Below the pieces are notes generated by a model, which had not been told where the DNA came from, did no database searches, and saw only the letters and a program-made list of their open reading frames with translations. Shown one piece after another: positions 42,372-51,884 of a stretch of 64,000 nucleotides of DNA. The DNA is from Erysipelotrichaceae bacterium (GTDB taxonomy: Bacteria > Bacillota_I > Bacilli_A > RFN20 > CAG-826), in the NCBI GenBank assembly GCA_012837435.1, contig DURD01000007.1, positions 11,445 to 75,444 on the forward strand, in the 5' to 3' direction. The position numbers and the translations under genes are program-made. Position 1 is the stretch's first letter. Every line of letters starts with the position of its first letter.

Positions 42372-42466
42372 ACCATAAAGAGTGCGGCGAGGGATAGTCC
42401 TCATGATCCGCCAGCAACCTGCTAATTTATAGGGTGCTAATGTTTGATCATCGAATCAGTTATGTT
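42372..42466 (+). ncRNA. SAM-I clan riboswitch aptamer (SAM-I or SAM-I/IV variant)
   Basis: CATAAAGAG-GCGGCGAGGGA-CCT-ATGATCCGC-CAGCAACC...GGTGCTAA; P1 CATAA/TTATG; conserved S-box core by eye. Confidence 0.75.
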
Positions 42467-42471
42467 TAATT

Positions 42472-42502
42472 GACTCATCGAAACCATGTGATGAGTCTTT
42501 TT
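42472..42502 (+). terminator. Intrinsic terminator (riboswitch expression platform)
   Basis: GACTCATC-10 nt loop-GATGAGTC-TTTTT directly after the aptamer. Confidence 0.8.
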
Positions 42503-43180
42503 ATCACAAAAAAAGAAACGTAATGAAAAACCTGACCAAATGCTTTTGTCAAAAGAAGTGACAATTTATTCGTCTAACAACATTGCTTTGAAATGGTAAA
42601 GAAACAACTTATTGCTCTGCTTACAAGAATGGAGTTCTCTGTGAATAAAAATTGACTTTACGATTGGCTATCGAGTTCTAGTCAATAGATTTTCTTTTTA
42701 TTACCTTTGCTTCTTCCGTTAAACAAAGTATGTATAGTCAAACTAGATGATGAAAAAGAGACAAACGCTCTAATCCATTCGTAAGGAATGGAGTCTAATC
42801 TAAAAAGTTTTTGATGAGATAATATGAACATTATTGTATTTTTGTAACAAATATTGTAACATACTGGGGAAACATCATTAATTTAGGAGAGTAAATCACG
42901 ATTCCTCATCCTAAACAGTTCCGATTAACACACAAAAAATTACTTATTTAGAGGTTTAGATTAAATCCTCTAGGTAAGTACTCTCACATCATGATGTTAT
43001 TGATAAATATTAAAAACCATTAAGCCCTTGCTTATATGGAAATATATTTAGTACAGTAGTGTCTCATATCGATTGTTAACTTTGTTCGAAATTAAAAAAA
43101 GTTAAGGTTATTTAACTAATGGTTTTAAGCGCTGAATCAAAAGATAAAAAAGATTAAGTTTAAAATAGCAACAATCGAAA

Positions 43181-45997
43181 GTGCAAAAAGAGTTGATAAA
43201 TCAGGGAGAAAGCCATGGAAAAAAATTTAAATTAAGAAAAGATTCTTCTATTTTGATTAAATATCGGAATCTGCTAACACTTATTATTATCATTCTCGGC
43301 TTTGTCTCTTCCTTTCTTTATCTAGGCCATAATTGTCTCAAGAGTTTAAAAAAAGATAGCGATCAATCTATTAGCCTCGCAAAATCCTTTGCCTCTCAAA
43401 TCAATGTCGACAGCGCTTCCTCTTTAAGTGGTAGTGAAGACGACCTTGAAACAGAGGCTTATTTATCCATCAAAAACAATTTTGAAAAGATGGTGGAAAA
43501 CATGAATGTTTTAAAATTTACTTATTTGTTGGGGCAAAAGGGTGACGATATAGTTTATCTTGTCGATTCTGGAAAAGTTGATGCCCCAAATTACTATCGT
43601 CCTGGGCATGTTTATGCTGAGGCCACCGAAGAAATTAAAGAGTTGTTCATCTCCAAAAAAACCATACTCCTTAAATCTCTAGTGGATGAAAAAGGAACCT
43701 GGCGGAGTGTTGTAACTCCAGTCTTAGATTCTAACAACAATGTTATCGCTCTCTTCCGGACGGATTATTCATTCTCGGAATTTCGCAACCGCATCATTTT
43801 TGAACTAACTGACGATATAGCGATTACCGTCTTATTTTTGTTTTTTGTCATCTTTTTTGTCCGCTCGATCTTTAATTATCAGGGATATAAAAATGTTAGC
43901 GAAGAGAAAAAAGTTACGGAAGCGCTCTATCATAGTATTTTCGATCAAGTTCCTTTAGGCGCTGCGATCATCGATGGGGAACGCTTCATCGATGATGAAA
44001 TCTATGGCAACAGCACCATGAACTTTATGTTCCAAAAAATCCTCGGTAGAACTAGCCGTGAACTAGCGAAAATTTCTTCTTGGAGCAATATTTCTCACCC
44101 CGATGATTTAGAAGGGGAGATGGCCTTATATCGTCAATTTAAAAAAGGCAAAATTGATGGCTATACCATCACTAAAAGGTTTTTGAAGCCTGATGGAACC
44201 TATATTTGGGCTCAGATGTGGATTAATCGTTTTATCGGTCAACACGAGGACAATCCCTATCATCTATGTATCATTGAAGATATTACTAAAGAAAAAGAAA
44301 TCGCCGCGGAATTAAAAGAAAGTGAACGAAGCAAATCCCTTCTCCTTTCTAACCTTCCAGGAATGGCTTATCGCTATTCGAGAGATAGTGATAAACAATG
44401 GACGGTCAAATTTGCTTCCTCGGGATGTTTAGCCCTAACGGGATTTACCGTTGAAGAATTTTTAAAAAGCAAAGATAATCTCAGAGATTTTGTCGTTCCT
44501 GAACACTATGAAATATTAGAAGAAGAATGGTTTCAAGCCATTGCTAACAAACGCAATTTTAGATGCGAATATCAAATTATTACCGCTAATGGGGAACGCA
44601 AATGGGTCATCGATTTAGCTCAATACATCCAAGATGAAAAAGGCAAAGTGATAGCTCTAGAAGGAATTATGCTCGATATCGACGATCGGAAAGAGGCGGA
44701 AAATCAACTCAAATACACTTCTGAACACGACAGTGAAACAGGTTTATTGAACTATACTAGTCTCCAAAAAGATGTGGAAAGAGATTATAGCAAACACGTT
44801 AAACAAACCATTATCGATGTCAACTTGAATACTTTTGTCCGCATCAGCGTGATATTTGGACATTTCTATATACTGTATTTACTAAACGCCATCGCCGAAC
44901 AACTAAGAAAAATTTCTAGCGATAAAAATACTTTATATCGAGCCTATGGCAACCATCTGGTCTTTTATGTTAAAAACTATAAAGATCGAAATGAACTTTT
45001 AGACTTTGCTAAAAACATTAAAAAACTTCTCGAAGAAAAATTAAAACCAGAAGGTATCGGCGCCGGCATTGGAGTTGTGGAAGTGGAAAACGATGGGAAA
45101 CTGGATCTCAATAAATTGACAAAGAGAGTTTATTTGACCTCGAGCCAGGCGATTGCCCGTTATCCGAATGAAGTGGGAATAGTGTTTTTTGATCGCGAAC
45201 TGGAAGTCAAAATTCAACGTCAAGAAGATGTTAAACGAGCGCTTTACGATGTGGTCGATAAAAATGACACTGAGAACTTTTATATGCAATTCCAGCCGAT
45301 TCTCGATCTCAAAACTAATAAAATTGTTTCTTTTGAAGCTTTAGCTAGACTAAAAAATGAAGAATTAGGTAATATTTCTCCTCTAGAATTTATCCCGATT
45401 GCCGAAGAAACCAAGTTAATTATTCCTCTCGGATGGAATATCTTCCGTCAATCGTTTAACTTTCTAAAAAAATTAATTGCTTTAGGATATACGGAGATGC
45501 GAGTTTCCATCAATGTCTCGGCCATTCAATTATTTAGCGAAAACTTTACCACTCTTCTATTTAAATTAATGGATGAGATGCAGATTTTACCGACCAATGT
45601 GAACATCGAATTAACAGAATCAGTCTTCTCTTCGGATTTAGGAGAAATTAATAAAGTGCTAAATGAGATTCATAGTCGCGGATTAACTATCTCTATCGAT
45701 GATTTTGGCACCGGTTATTCTTCTCTTGCGAGAGAACACGAATTAAACGTCGATTGCCTTAAAATCGATAAGTATTTCGTCGATAAATTAATGGAAGTCT
45801 CGAGTGAAGAAGCTATCGCCTCGGATATCATCGCTATGGCGCATAAACGCGGTCATGGAGTCATCGCTGAAGGCGTGGAATACGAAAAACAAAAGCAATA
45901 TTTAATTGATAATAAATGCGATAAAATTCAAGGTTATCTCATCAGCAAACCGCTCAGCCAAGAAAACGCTCTAAATTTACTTAAAGAAAAAGCGTAA
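43181..45997 (+). CDS. Membrane sensor-PAS-PAS-degenerate GGDEF-EAL protein (c-di-GMP phosphodiesterase); start uncertain, possibly frameshifted
   Basis: Two TM helices, HPDD PAS motif, RAYGNH in place of RxGGDEF, FEALARL, ELTES, DDFGTGYSSL, KID, EGVE, QGY. Confidence 0.88.
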   Translation: MQKELINQGESHGKKFKLRKDSSILIKYRNLLTLIIIILGFVSSFLYLGHNCLKSLKKDSDQSISLAKSFASQINVDSASSLSGSEDDLETEAYLSIKNNFEKMVENMNVLKFTYLLGQKGDDIVYLVDSGKVDAPNYYRPGHVYAEATEEIKELFISKKTILLKSLVDEKGTWRSVVTPVLDSNNNVIALFRTDYSFSEFRNRIIFELTDDIAITVLFLFFVIFFVRSIFNYQGYKNVSEEKKVTEALYHSIFDQVPLGAAIIDGERFIDDEIYGNSTMNFMFQKILGRTSRELAKISSWSNISHPDDLEGEMALYRQFKKGKIDGYTITKRFLKPDGTYIWAQMWINRFIGQHEDNPYHLCIIEDITKEKEIAAELKESERSKSLLLSNLPGMAYRYSRDSDKQWTVKFASSGCLALTGFTVEEFLKSKDNLRDFVVPEHYEILEEEWFQAIANKRNFRCEYQIITANGERKWVIDLAQYIQDEKGKVIALEGIMLDIDDRKEAENQLKYTSEHDSETGLLNYTSLQKDVERDYSKHVKQTIIDVNLNTFVRISVIFGHFYILYLLNAIAEQLRKISSDKNTLYRAYGNHLVFYVKNYKDRNELLDFAKNIKKLLEEKLKPEGIGAGIGVVEVENDGKLDLNKLTKRVYLTSSQAIARYPNEVGIVFFDRELEVKIQRQEDVKRALYDVVDKNDTENFYMQFQPILDLKTNKIVSFEALARLKNEELGNISPLEFIPIAEETKLIIPLGWNIFRQSFNFLKKLIALGYTEMRVSINVSAIQLFSENFTTLLFKLMDEMQILPTNVNIELTESVFSSDLGEINKVLNEIHSRGLTISIDDFGTGYSSLAREHELNVDCLKIDKYFVDKLMEVSSEEAIASDIIAMAHKRGHGVIAEGVEYEKQKQYLIDNKCDKIQGYLISKPLSQENALNLLKEKA

Positions 45998-46301
45998 TAA
46001 AGGGAAATAAAATATCCTCGAAGTTATTAGTGATTTTTTATCCTAAAAATATTATTTAATAGGAATTACGCTATTATTATCAGAAATAGACTGAAGCGGA
46101 AGCCTTTCTCACGATAATGAATTTATTGTGTTTTAATAGCGATTATTATATTCTATTTTTGTGATGTTATTAATTAAAGTGAGTAATGTCACATTTTTTT
46201 ATATCAAAAAAGTTAAGATAAACACACAAAAAATGCTCATTGGTTGATTTGAACTTCGCTTTTACTTAAAGTTAGAAAAATAGCTAAATCAAGGAGAGAT
46301 T

Positions 46302-49094
46302 ATGAGGGAAAAAGCTAAAAATAAAATTGATTCGACTTTTCTTAAAAAATATAAGAAATTGATCTTTGTTTTTGTGCTTCCCATCAGCTTGATATTTTCT
46401 GCTATTTATATCGGCATCAGTTGGCATCAAAATTATAAGGATAATGTCGATTTTGCCATCAACCTTTCTCAAGCCTTTACCGCCCATTTGGATTTAGAGG
46501 AAATCAATTCTTTAAGTGGTAGCGAAGACGATCTTGAAAAAGAAGAATATCGATTAATTAAACAAGATATCGAAAGACTAGTTAAAACTACGGAAATGAT
46601 ACAATGCACTTATCTATTAGGGCAGCGTAATGACGATATAGTTTTTCTCGTCGATTCTACATCATCGAATTCACAAAATAATTTTTCTCCCGGTCAAATT
46701 TGTGCTGAAGCCACTAAAGAAATTAAACAAATTTTCACTTCTAAAAAAACAATATTCATCGATTCCTTAACTGATGAAAAAGGAACATGGAAAACCGTTT
46801 TTGTTCCAGTTTTAGATGCGAATGAAGAAAATGTCGTCGCTCTTTTTCGCGTCGATTATTCAATTTCGAGATGGAACAATCAAATCTTAAAGAGAATGGT
46901 CGGTAGCATTATGTTTTCAATCTTGCTTGTATTTTTTGTAATCATTCTCATGCGTGCCATGCATGCTTATGGGGAATATAAGAAGATTAACTCTAAAAGC
47001 GAACTAGTGGGGACGTTATACGATAGTATTTTTGACCAAGTACCTCTTGGTATCGCCATCGTCAATGATGAGAGTTTTGTCGAAAAGTCAAAATACGGCG
47101 ATAGAAATATGAACTTTATGTTTCAAAAAATCCTCGGTAGAACGAGTGAAGAACTGACAAATATTTCTTGGAACAATATTACTCATCCCGACGATTTAGA
47201 AGGGGAGATGGCCTTATATAGTCAATTTAAGGAAGGTAAGATCGATGGATATACTATCACCAAAAGGCTTTTGAAGCCCGATGGAACCTATGTTTGGGCC
47301 CAAGTGTGGATCAACCGCTTCTTAGATAAAAGTGAAAATAGTTCTTCCCATTTATTGATTATCAGCGACATTACCAAAGAAAAAGAAATGGCGGAAGACT
47401 TAAAGGAAAGTGAACGGAGCAAATCCCTTCTCCTTTCTAACCTTCCGGGGATGGCTTATCGCTATTCGAGAGATAGTGGCGACAACTGGTCGATGAAATT
47501 CGTTTCCTCGGGATGTTTAGCCTTGACGGGATATACGGCGGAAGAACTTTTAGAAGACAAACATCTGCACGAAGATTTAATCGCTCCAGGCTATCATAGA
47601 ATTCTAAGAAATCAGTGGCAGCGGCTCATCGCTGGTAAACGCAGTTTTAGACACGAATACGAAATAGTGACCGCGGACGGTAGCCGTAAATGGGTGCTAG
47701 ATTTAGCGCAGAGCGTCCTAGATGAAGATGACCAACTCCAAGCTCTAGAAGGAATTATGTTCGATATTACCGAAAAGAAAATCGCGGAAAATAAACTCAA
47801 ATACACTTACGAACACGATGATGAGACCGGTTTATTAAATTACACCAGCCTCCAAAGAGATATTAAAAACGATCATAAAAAACAAATTAAACAAGCGATT
47901 ATCGATGTAAATCTCAATACTTTTGTCAGTTTAAGCGCGGTTTTTGGGTTTTTCTATGTCCAAAAACTAATCCTAACGATTTCTGAAAGTCTCCAACGCT
48001 TCTCCAAAGAAAAATCGAAGTTATATAAATCATACGGAAACCATTTTATTTTCTATATCAAAGATTACGACGATCAAGAAGAACTTATAGATTTCGCTAA
48101 TAAAATTAAGAAATCTCTCGAAGAAATCATCAAACCAGAACGCGTCGGCGCTGGAATTGGAGTGGTGGAAATTAAGGTTGATGAAGAAGTAAATCTTGAA
48201 GATTTGTCTAAAAAAGTTTTCCTGACTTCAAATAAAGCCATTTCTTTAAACGAGAGCGAAGTGGGAATTTTGTTCTATGATAGTGAACTAAAGGCTCAGA
48301 TTCAGCGCGAAGAAGATATTAAGCGCATCCTCCTCGAGGTGGCAAACCATCAAGAGAGCGATAATTTTTACTTGCAGTTTCAACCGATTCTCGATCTTAA
48401 AACTAATAATATTTGTTCTTTTGAAGCTCTAGCTAGACTAAAAGATAAACAATTAGGTAACATTCCTCCCCTAGAATTTATCCCGATTGCCGAAGAAATA
48501 AAAGTGATTATTCCTTTGGGGTGGAATATATTCCGCCAAGCCTTTATTTTTTTGAAAAAGGCGGTCGACTTAGGTTACACAAAAGTGAGAGTTTCCATCA
48601 ACGTCTCGGCTCTTCAACTATTCAGCAACAATTTTACTCAACTTTTATTCGATTTAATGGATGAGATGGAAGTTCCTTCTCATAATGTTGCTCTTGAATT
48701 AACCGAATCAGTATTTTCTTCGGATTTAGATGAAATCAATAAAATACTCAACGAAATCCATAATCGGGGAATATATATCTCCATCGATGATTTTGGGACG
48801 GGCTATTCTTCTTTAGCTCGAGAGCGCGAGTTAAATGTCGACTGTCTTAAAATCGATCGGTATTTTATCAAAAAACTTATGGATATCTCTTATAACGAAG
48901 CCATCACCGCGGACATCATTGCCATCGGTCATAAGCGTGGTCACTGCGTTATTGCCGAAGGCGTGGAGCACGAAAAACAAAAGCAATATTTAATCGACAA
49001 CGGATGCGATAAGATTCAAGGTTATCTCATCAGCAAACCTCTCAGCCAAAAAGAAGCTTTGAATCTGCTCAAAGAAAAATGCACGATGAACTAA
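46302..49094 (+). CDS. Paralogous membrane sensor-PAS-PAS-degenerate GGDEF-EAL protein
   Basis: Same architecture; KSYGNH, FEALARL, DDFGTGYSSL; SD AAGGAG. Confidence 0.92.
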   Translation: MREKAKNKIDSTFLKKYKKLIFVFVLPISLIFSAIYIGISWHQNYKDNVDFAINLSQAFTAHLDLEEINSLSGSEDDLEKEEYRLIKQDIERLVKTTEMIQCTYLLGQRNDDIVFLVDSTSSNSQNNFSPGQICAEATKEIKQIFTSKKTIFIDSLTDEKGTWKTVFVPVLDANEENVVALFRVDYSISRWNNQILKRMVGSIMFSILLVFFVIILMRAMHAYGEYKKINSKSELVGTLYDSIFDQVPLGIAIVNDESFVEKSKYGDRNMNFMFQKILGRTSEELTNISWNNITHPDDLEGEMALYSQFKEGKIDGYTITKRLLKPDGTYVWAQVWINRFLDKSENSSSHLLIISDITKEKEMAEDLKESERSKSLLLSNLPGMAYRYSRDSGDNWSMKFVSSGCLALTGYTAEELLEDKHLHEDLIAPGYHRILRNQWQRLIAGKRSFRHEYEIVTADGSRKWVLDLAQSVLDEDDQLQALEGIMFDITEKKIAENKLKYTYEHDDETGLLNYTSLQRDIKNDHKKQIKQAIIDVNLNTFVSLSAVFGFFYVQKLILTISESLQRFSKEKSKLYKSYGNHFIFYIKDYDDQEELIDFANKIKKSLEEIIKPERVGAGIGVVEIKVDEEVNLEDLSKKVFLTSNKAISLNESEVGILFYDSELKAQIQREEDIKRILLEVANHQESDNFYLQFQPILDLKTNNICSFEALARLKDKQLGNIPPLEFIPIAEEIKVIIPLGWNIFRQAFIFLKKAVDLGYTKVRVSINVSALQLFSNNFTQLLFDLMDEMEVPSHNVALELTESVFSSDLDEINKILNEIHNRGIYISIDDFGTGYSSLARERELNVDCLKIDRYFIKKLMDISYNEAITADIIAIGHKRGHCVIAEGVEHEKQKQYLIDNGCDKIQGYLISKPLSQKEALNLLKEKCTMN

Positions 49095-49184
49095 ACTATC
49101 TATCAGATGATTGATATATAATAAATGTTGATAAATAGAGATAAAAAACTTTTTTGTCTCTTTATATTAAAAAATAGAAATATT

Positions 49185-50009
49185 ATGAAGAAAAATAAAC
49201 AACCGCTTAAAAATTTAACTCCCATATCTAAAACTAAATATCCGATTATTTTAGTTCACGGCATCGCCATCAAGGACTTCGGCCTTTTTAAATCTTTCGG
49301 AAAAATCGATCGCTATTTGATTAAAGAAGGTTTTAAGGTTTACAAAAGTAAAGCCGATGGCTTTGGGACAATTGAAAATAACGCTCTTTTCTTAAAAAAA
49401 GAAATATTAAAAATACTTGAAGAAAATAACGTTGAAAAAATCAACATCATCGCTCATTCCAAAGGGGGACTAGATGCTAAATACATGATTGAGTATTTAG
49501 ATATGAGTAAAAATGTCGCCTCATTAACGACTTTATGCACCCCTCACAAAGGTAGTCCCATCGCCACCCATATCCTCAATAAACCCCGATGGTTGCTTAA
49601 ATTTCTCGCCTTTTGGATCAATCTTTGGTATCGAATATTAGGGGATAAAAAGCCTGACGCCTACCGAGTGTGCAAACAACTGGCCACCATCGATAGTGTG
49701 GAAGACGAAACGATGAAAATCACTAGCGAGATTTACTGTCAGAGCTATTCGACCACCTTAAAAAGAAGTCGAGATGATTTCATTATGGGCATTCCGTTAA
49801 AATTTTATCACCGCTACGAAAAAGGTACGGCCAGCGATGGTTTAGTGGGCCGAGAATCCACCCAATTTGGAGAATATAAAGGCGAAGCTTTTGAGGAATC
49901 GATGTCTCATTCTGAAATCATCGATTTTATGGCGTCAAAAAAGAAAAAAGAAAAAATCTATGCGTTCTACACGATGATTTGCGAAGATTTGAAAGAACGG
50001 GGTTTTTGA
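49185..50009 (+). CDS. Alpha/beta-hydrolase, triacylglycerol lipase-like
   Basis: YPIILVHG, AHSKGG nucleophile elbow, TPHKGS, SDGLV, late His. Confidence 0.87.
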   Translation: MKKNKQPLKNLTPISKTKYPIILVHGIAIKDFGLFKSFGKIDRYLIKEGFKVYKSKADGFGTIENNALFLKKEILKILEENNVEKINIIAHSKGGLDAKYMIEYLDMSKNVASLTTLCTPHKGSPIATHILNKPRWLLKFLAFWINLWYRILGDKKPDAYRVCKQLATIDSVEDETMKITSEIYCQSYSTTLKRSRDDFIMGIPLKFYHRYEKGTASDGLVGRESTQFGEYKGEAFEESMSHSEIIDFMASKKKKEKIYAFYTMICEDLKERGF

Positions 50010-50137
50010 TAATTTAGATAAAAATTTAATTTTTTTTGAAAAAAATAGTAAATAACTGAGATTTTTGCATTTCCCCTCTTTTTGTTTTTTAAAAAGAGAA
50101 GTATTATTAAATGGTTTCAATAGAGGTTTAAAAATAT

Positions 50138-51832
50138 ATGATTTTATCAACAGGGGAAGTTCCTCTCGAAACAACCATCATTATTATTTCCATTGCCGCG
50201 ACCTTACTCACAATATTCATAATTTCTTTCCTATTATTTTTCTTCTCACACAAAAAGAATCTACATGACATCTTCGAAAAAGAATATAATTCTCTACTCG
50301 AAAAAGGTTTAGAAAACCCTTCGCTTAGAGATCCTTTAAAAACCAGTCATTACGATGATTATTCTGAGAGCGACCGGGCTTTTTATCTAAAATATTCCGC
50401 TTACGCCCAAATGGTGTGGAACTTTTTAAAGACGATTTACGATTTATCAAGTTTGAGACAGAGAAAATACAGAAATTTATATCGTTCTTGGTTCCCGGTA
50501 ATAATTGAAGAAAACAAACTTCATTACCATTGGTTTATCAAAAATCACGAGTTATTTTCTCCTAAGTTTCAAGACTACGTTAAAAATATTGTTAGCGAAA
50601 TTACTCTAGAACTTAAAACCGACATCGATTCATTTAATGTCATCAATCAGAGATTAAAAAAAGAATTTCCCTTAGACGAACAAAAAGATGATAAACAAAT
50701 GATGGATTTATTAATTAAAGGTTATTATCGATTATTTATTGCGAGATTTGCTCATCAAGATAAAAGCGATAAATCGATAATTGGCTATGTCATTTATTAC
50801 ACCAACAAAGACAATAATTTTTTATTTTTAGATTATCTAAATATTTTGCCAGAATACCAAAACTCTGGCCATGGGTCTAAAATTTTTAATCTTTTGATGA
50901 AAGAGATAAAAGGCCGTAATCCCCACGGAGTCTTATTCGAAATCGAAACTAGCAAAGTAGGGGGACATTCTTTAAAAAATAAAAGAAGACAATTTTATAC
51001 AAATTTAGGGGCTAGCGAGTTATATTGTCCTTATCGCGCTCCTTGTGATAACCATCGATCGATTCCTATGTCGCTGATGTTTAGGCCAGTCGAAGGTAAA
51101 GATTTTGTCCGTAAAGAAGACATTCGTTCATTTATGAAAGAAGCGATTTCAAAGATTCACGCCGAATATCCCCACACCCCTGAAGTCATCAACACGTACA
51201 TCGATGAAATACCAAATTACGAAGCTAATTCCAGTATCAATTTAGAGAAAGGTTCTCTCTTAGATTATGAAAAAATTTCCGAATTTTTAAATATGGATTC
51301 TTGGAGGAATTTACTGGTTGAAAAAGATAAAATTCACCAGCTGCTGGAAAATAAAATCTATAATTTAATTTTGCTGAAAGACCAAGGAGGAAATTTGCTC
51401 GGCTACGCTTTTGTCTATCTATCTAAAAAGAGCGATTTCTTATTTATCGATAGTTTGAAGATTTTACCTTTTTATCAAAATCACGGATACGAAAAAATGT
51501 TCATCCAAAAATTATGTGTCAAAACCTTTCCTTTGGTTAAGTATGGTATCGTCGGTAAAAAATTACTAATCGATGAGAAAAAGATTAGCGACGAACAATT
51601 TGCGGTTTTCACGAACGGATATTTATTAGACGGAGAATACTCTTATTTTCTTAGGGACAATAAAGTTTCGCTAAAATTAATCTTCTATCCTAAAGAAGAG
51701 ATAAATAACGTTAAAGGTAATGAATTTAACCAATTGATGGACCAAATCTTATTAGACATCTATAGCGGTAGCGATGTTATAAACATTAATCACGGAGAAC
51801 ATTTTAAAAAAAATAAAGACTTTATAAGATGA
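50138..51832 (+). CDS. Membrane-anchored protein with two GNAT-like domains
   Basis: N-terminal TM helix; FLDYLNILPEYQNSGHGS...FYTNLG and FIDSLKILPFYQNHGY (acetyl-CoA motif A twice). Confidence 0.72.
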   Translation: MILSTGEVPLETTIIIISIAATLLTIFIISFLLFFFSHKKNLHDIFEKEYNSLLEKGLENPSLRDPLKTSHYDDYSESDRAFYLKYSAYAQMVWNFLKTIYDLSSLRQRKYRNLYRSWFPVIIEENKLHYHWFIKNHELFSPKFQDYVKNIVSEITLELKTDIDSFNVINQRLKKEFPLDEQKDDKQMMDLLIKGYYRLFIARFAHQDKSDKSIIGYVIYYTNKDNNFLFLDYLNILPEYQNSGHGSKIFNLLMKEIKGRNPHGVLFEIETSKVGGHSLKNKRRQFYTNLGASELYCPYRAPCDNHRSIPMSLMFRPVEGKDFVRKEDIRSFMKEAISKIHAEYPHTPEVINTYIDEIPNYEANSSINLEKGSLLDYEKISEFLNMDSWRNLLVEKDKIHQLLENKIYNLILLKDQGGNLLGYAFVYLSKKSDFLFIDSLKILPFYQNHGYEKMFIQKLCVKTFPLVKYGIVGKKLLIDEKKISDEQFAVFTNGYLLDGEYSYFLRDNKVSLKLIFYPKEEINNVKGNEFNQLMDQILLDIYSGSDVININHGEHFKKNKDFIR

Positions 51833-51884
51833 GAACTTAAATGAGGCGGAAAAGCATCTTTTTTTGTATAGAAAACACCATCGA

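Noticed and set aside
38138..42876. GATGTTTC (38138) / GAAACATC (42869) as terminal inverted repeats
   Set aside because: Only 8 bp match, which is plausible by chance.
38121..43180. Intact prophage, ICE or IS at tRNA-Arg
   Set aside because: No integrase, transposase or phage genes, and no duplicated tRNA 3' end found by eye.
45998..46301. c-di-GMP riboswitch between the EAL genes
   Set aside because: No GEMM-type consensus recognisable; the region is AT-rich and promoter-like.
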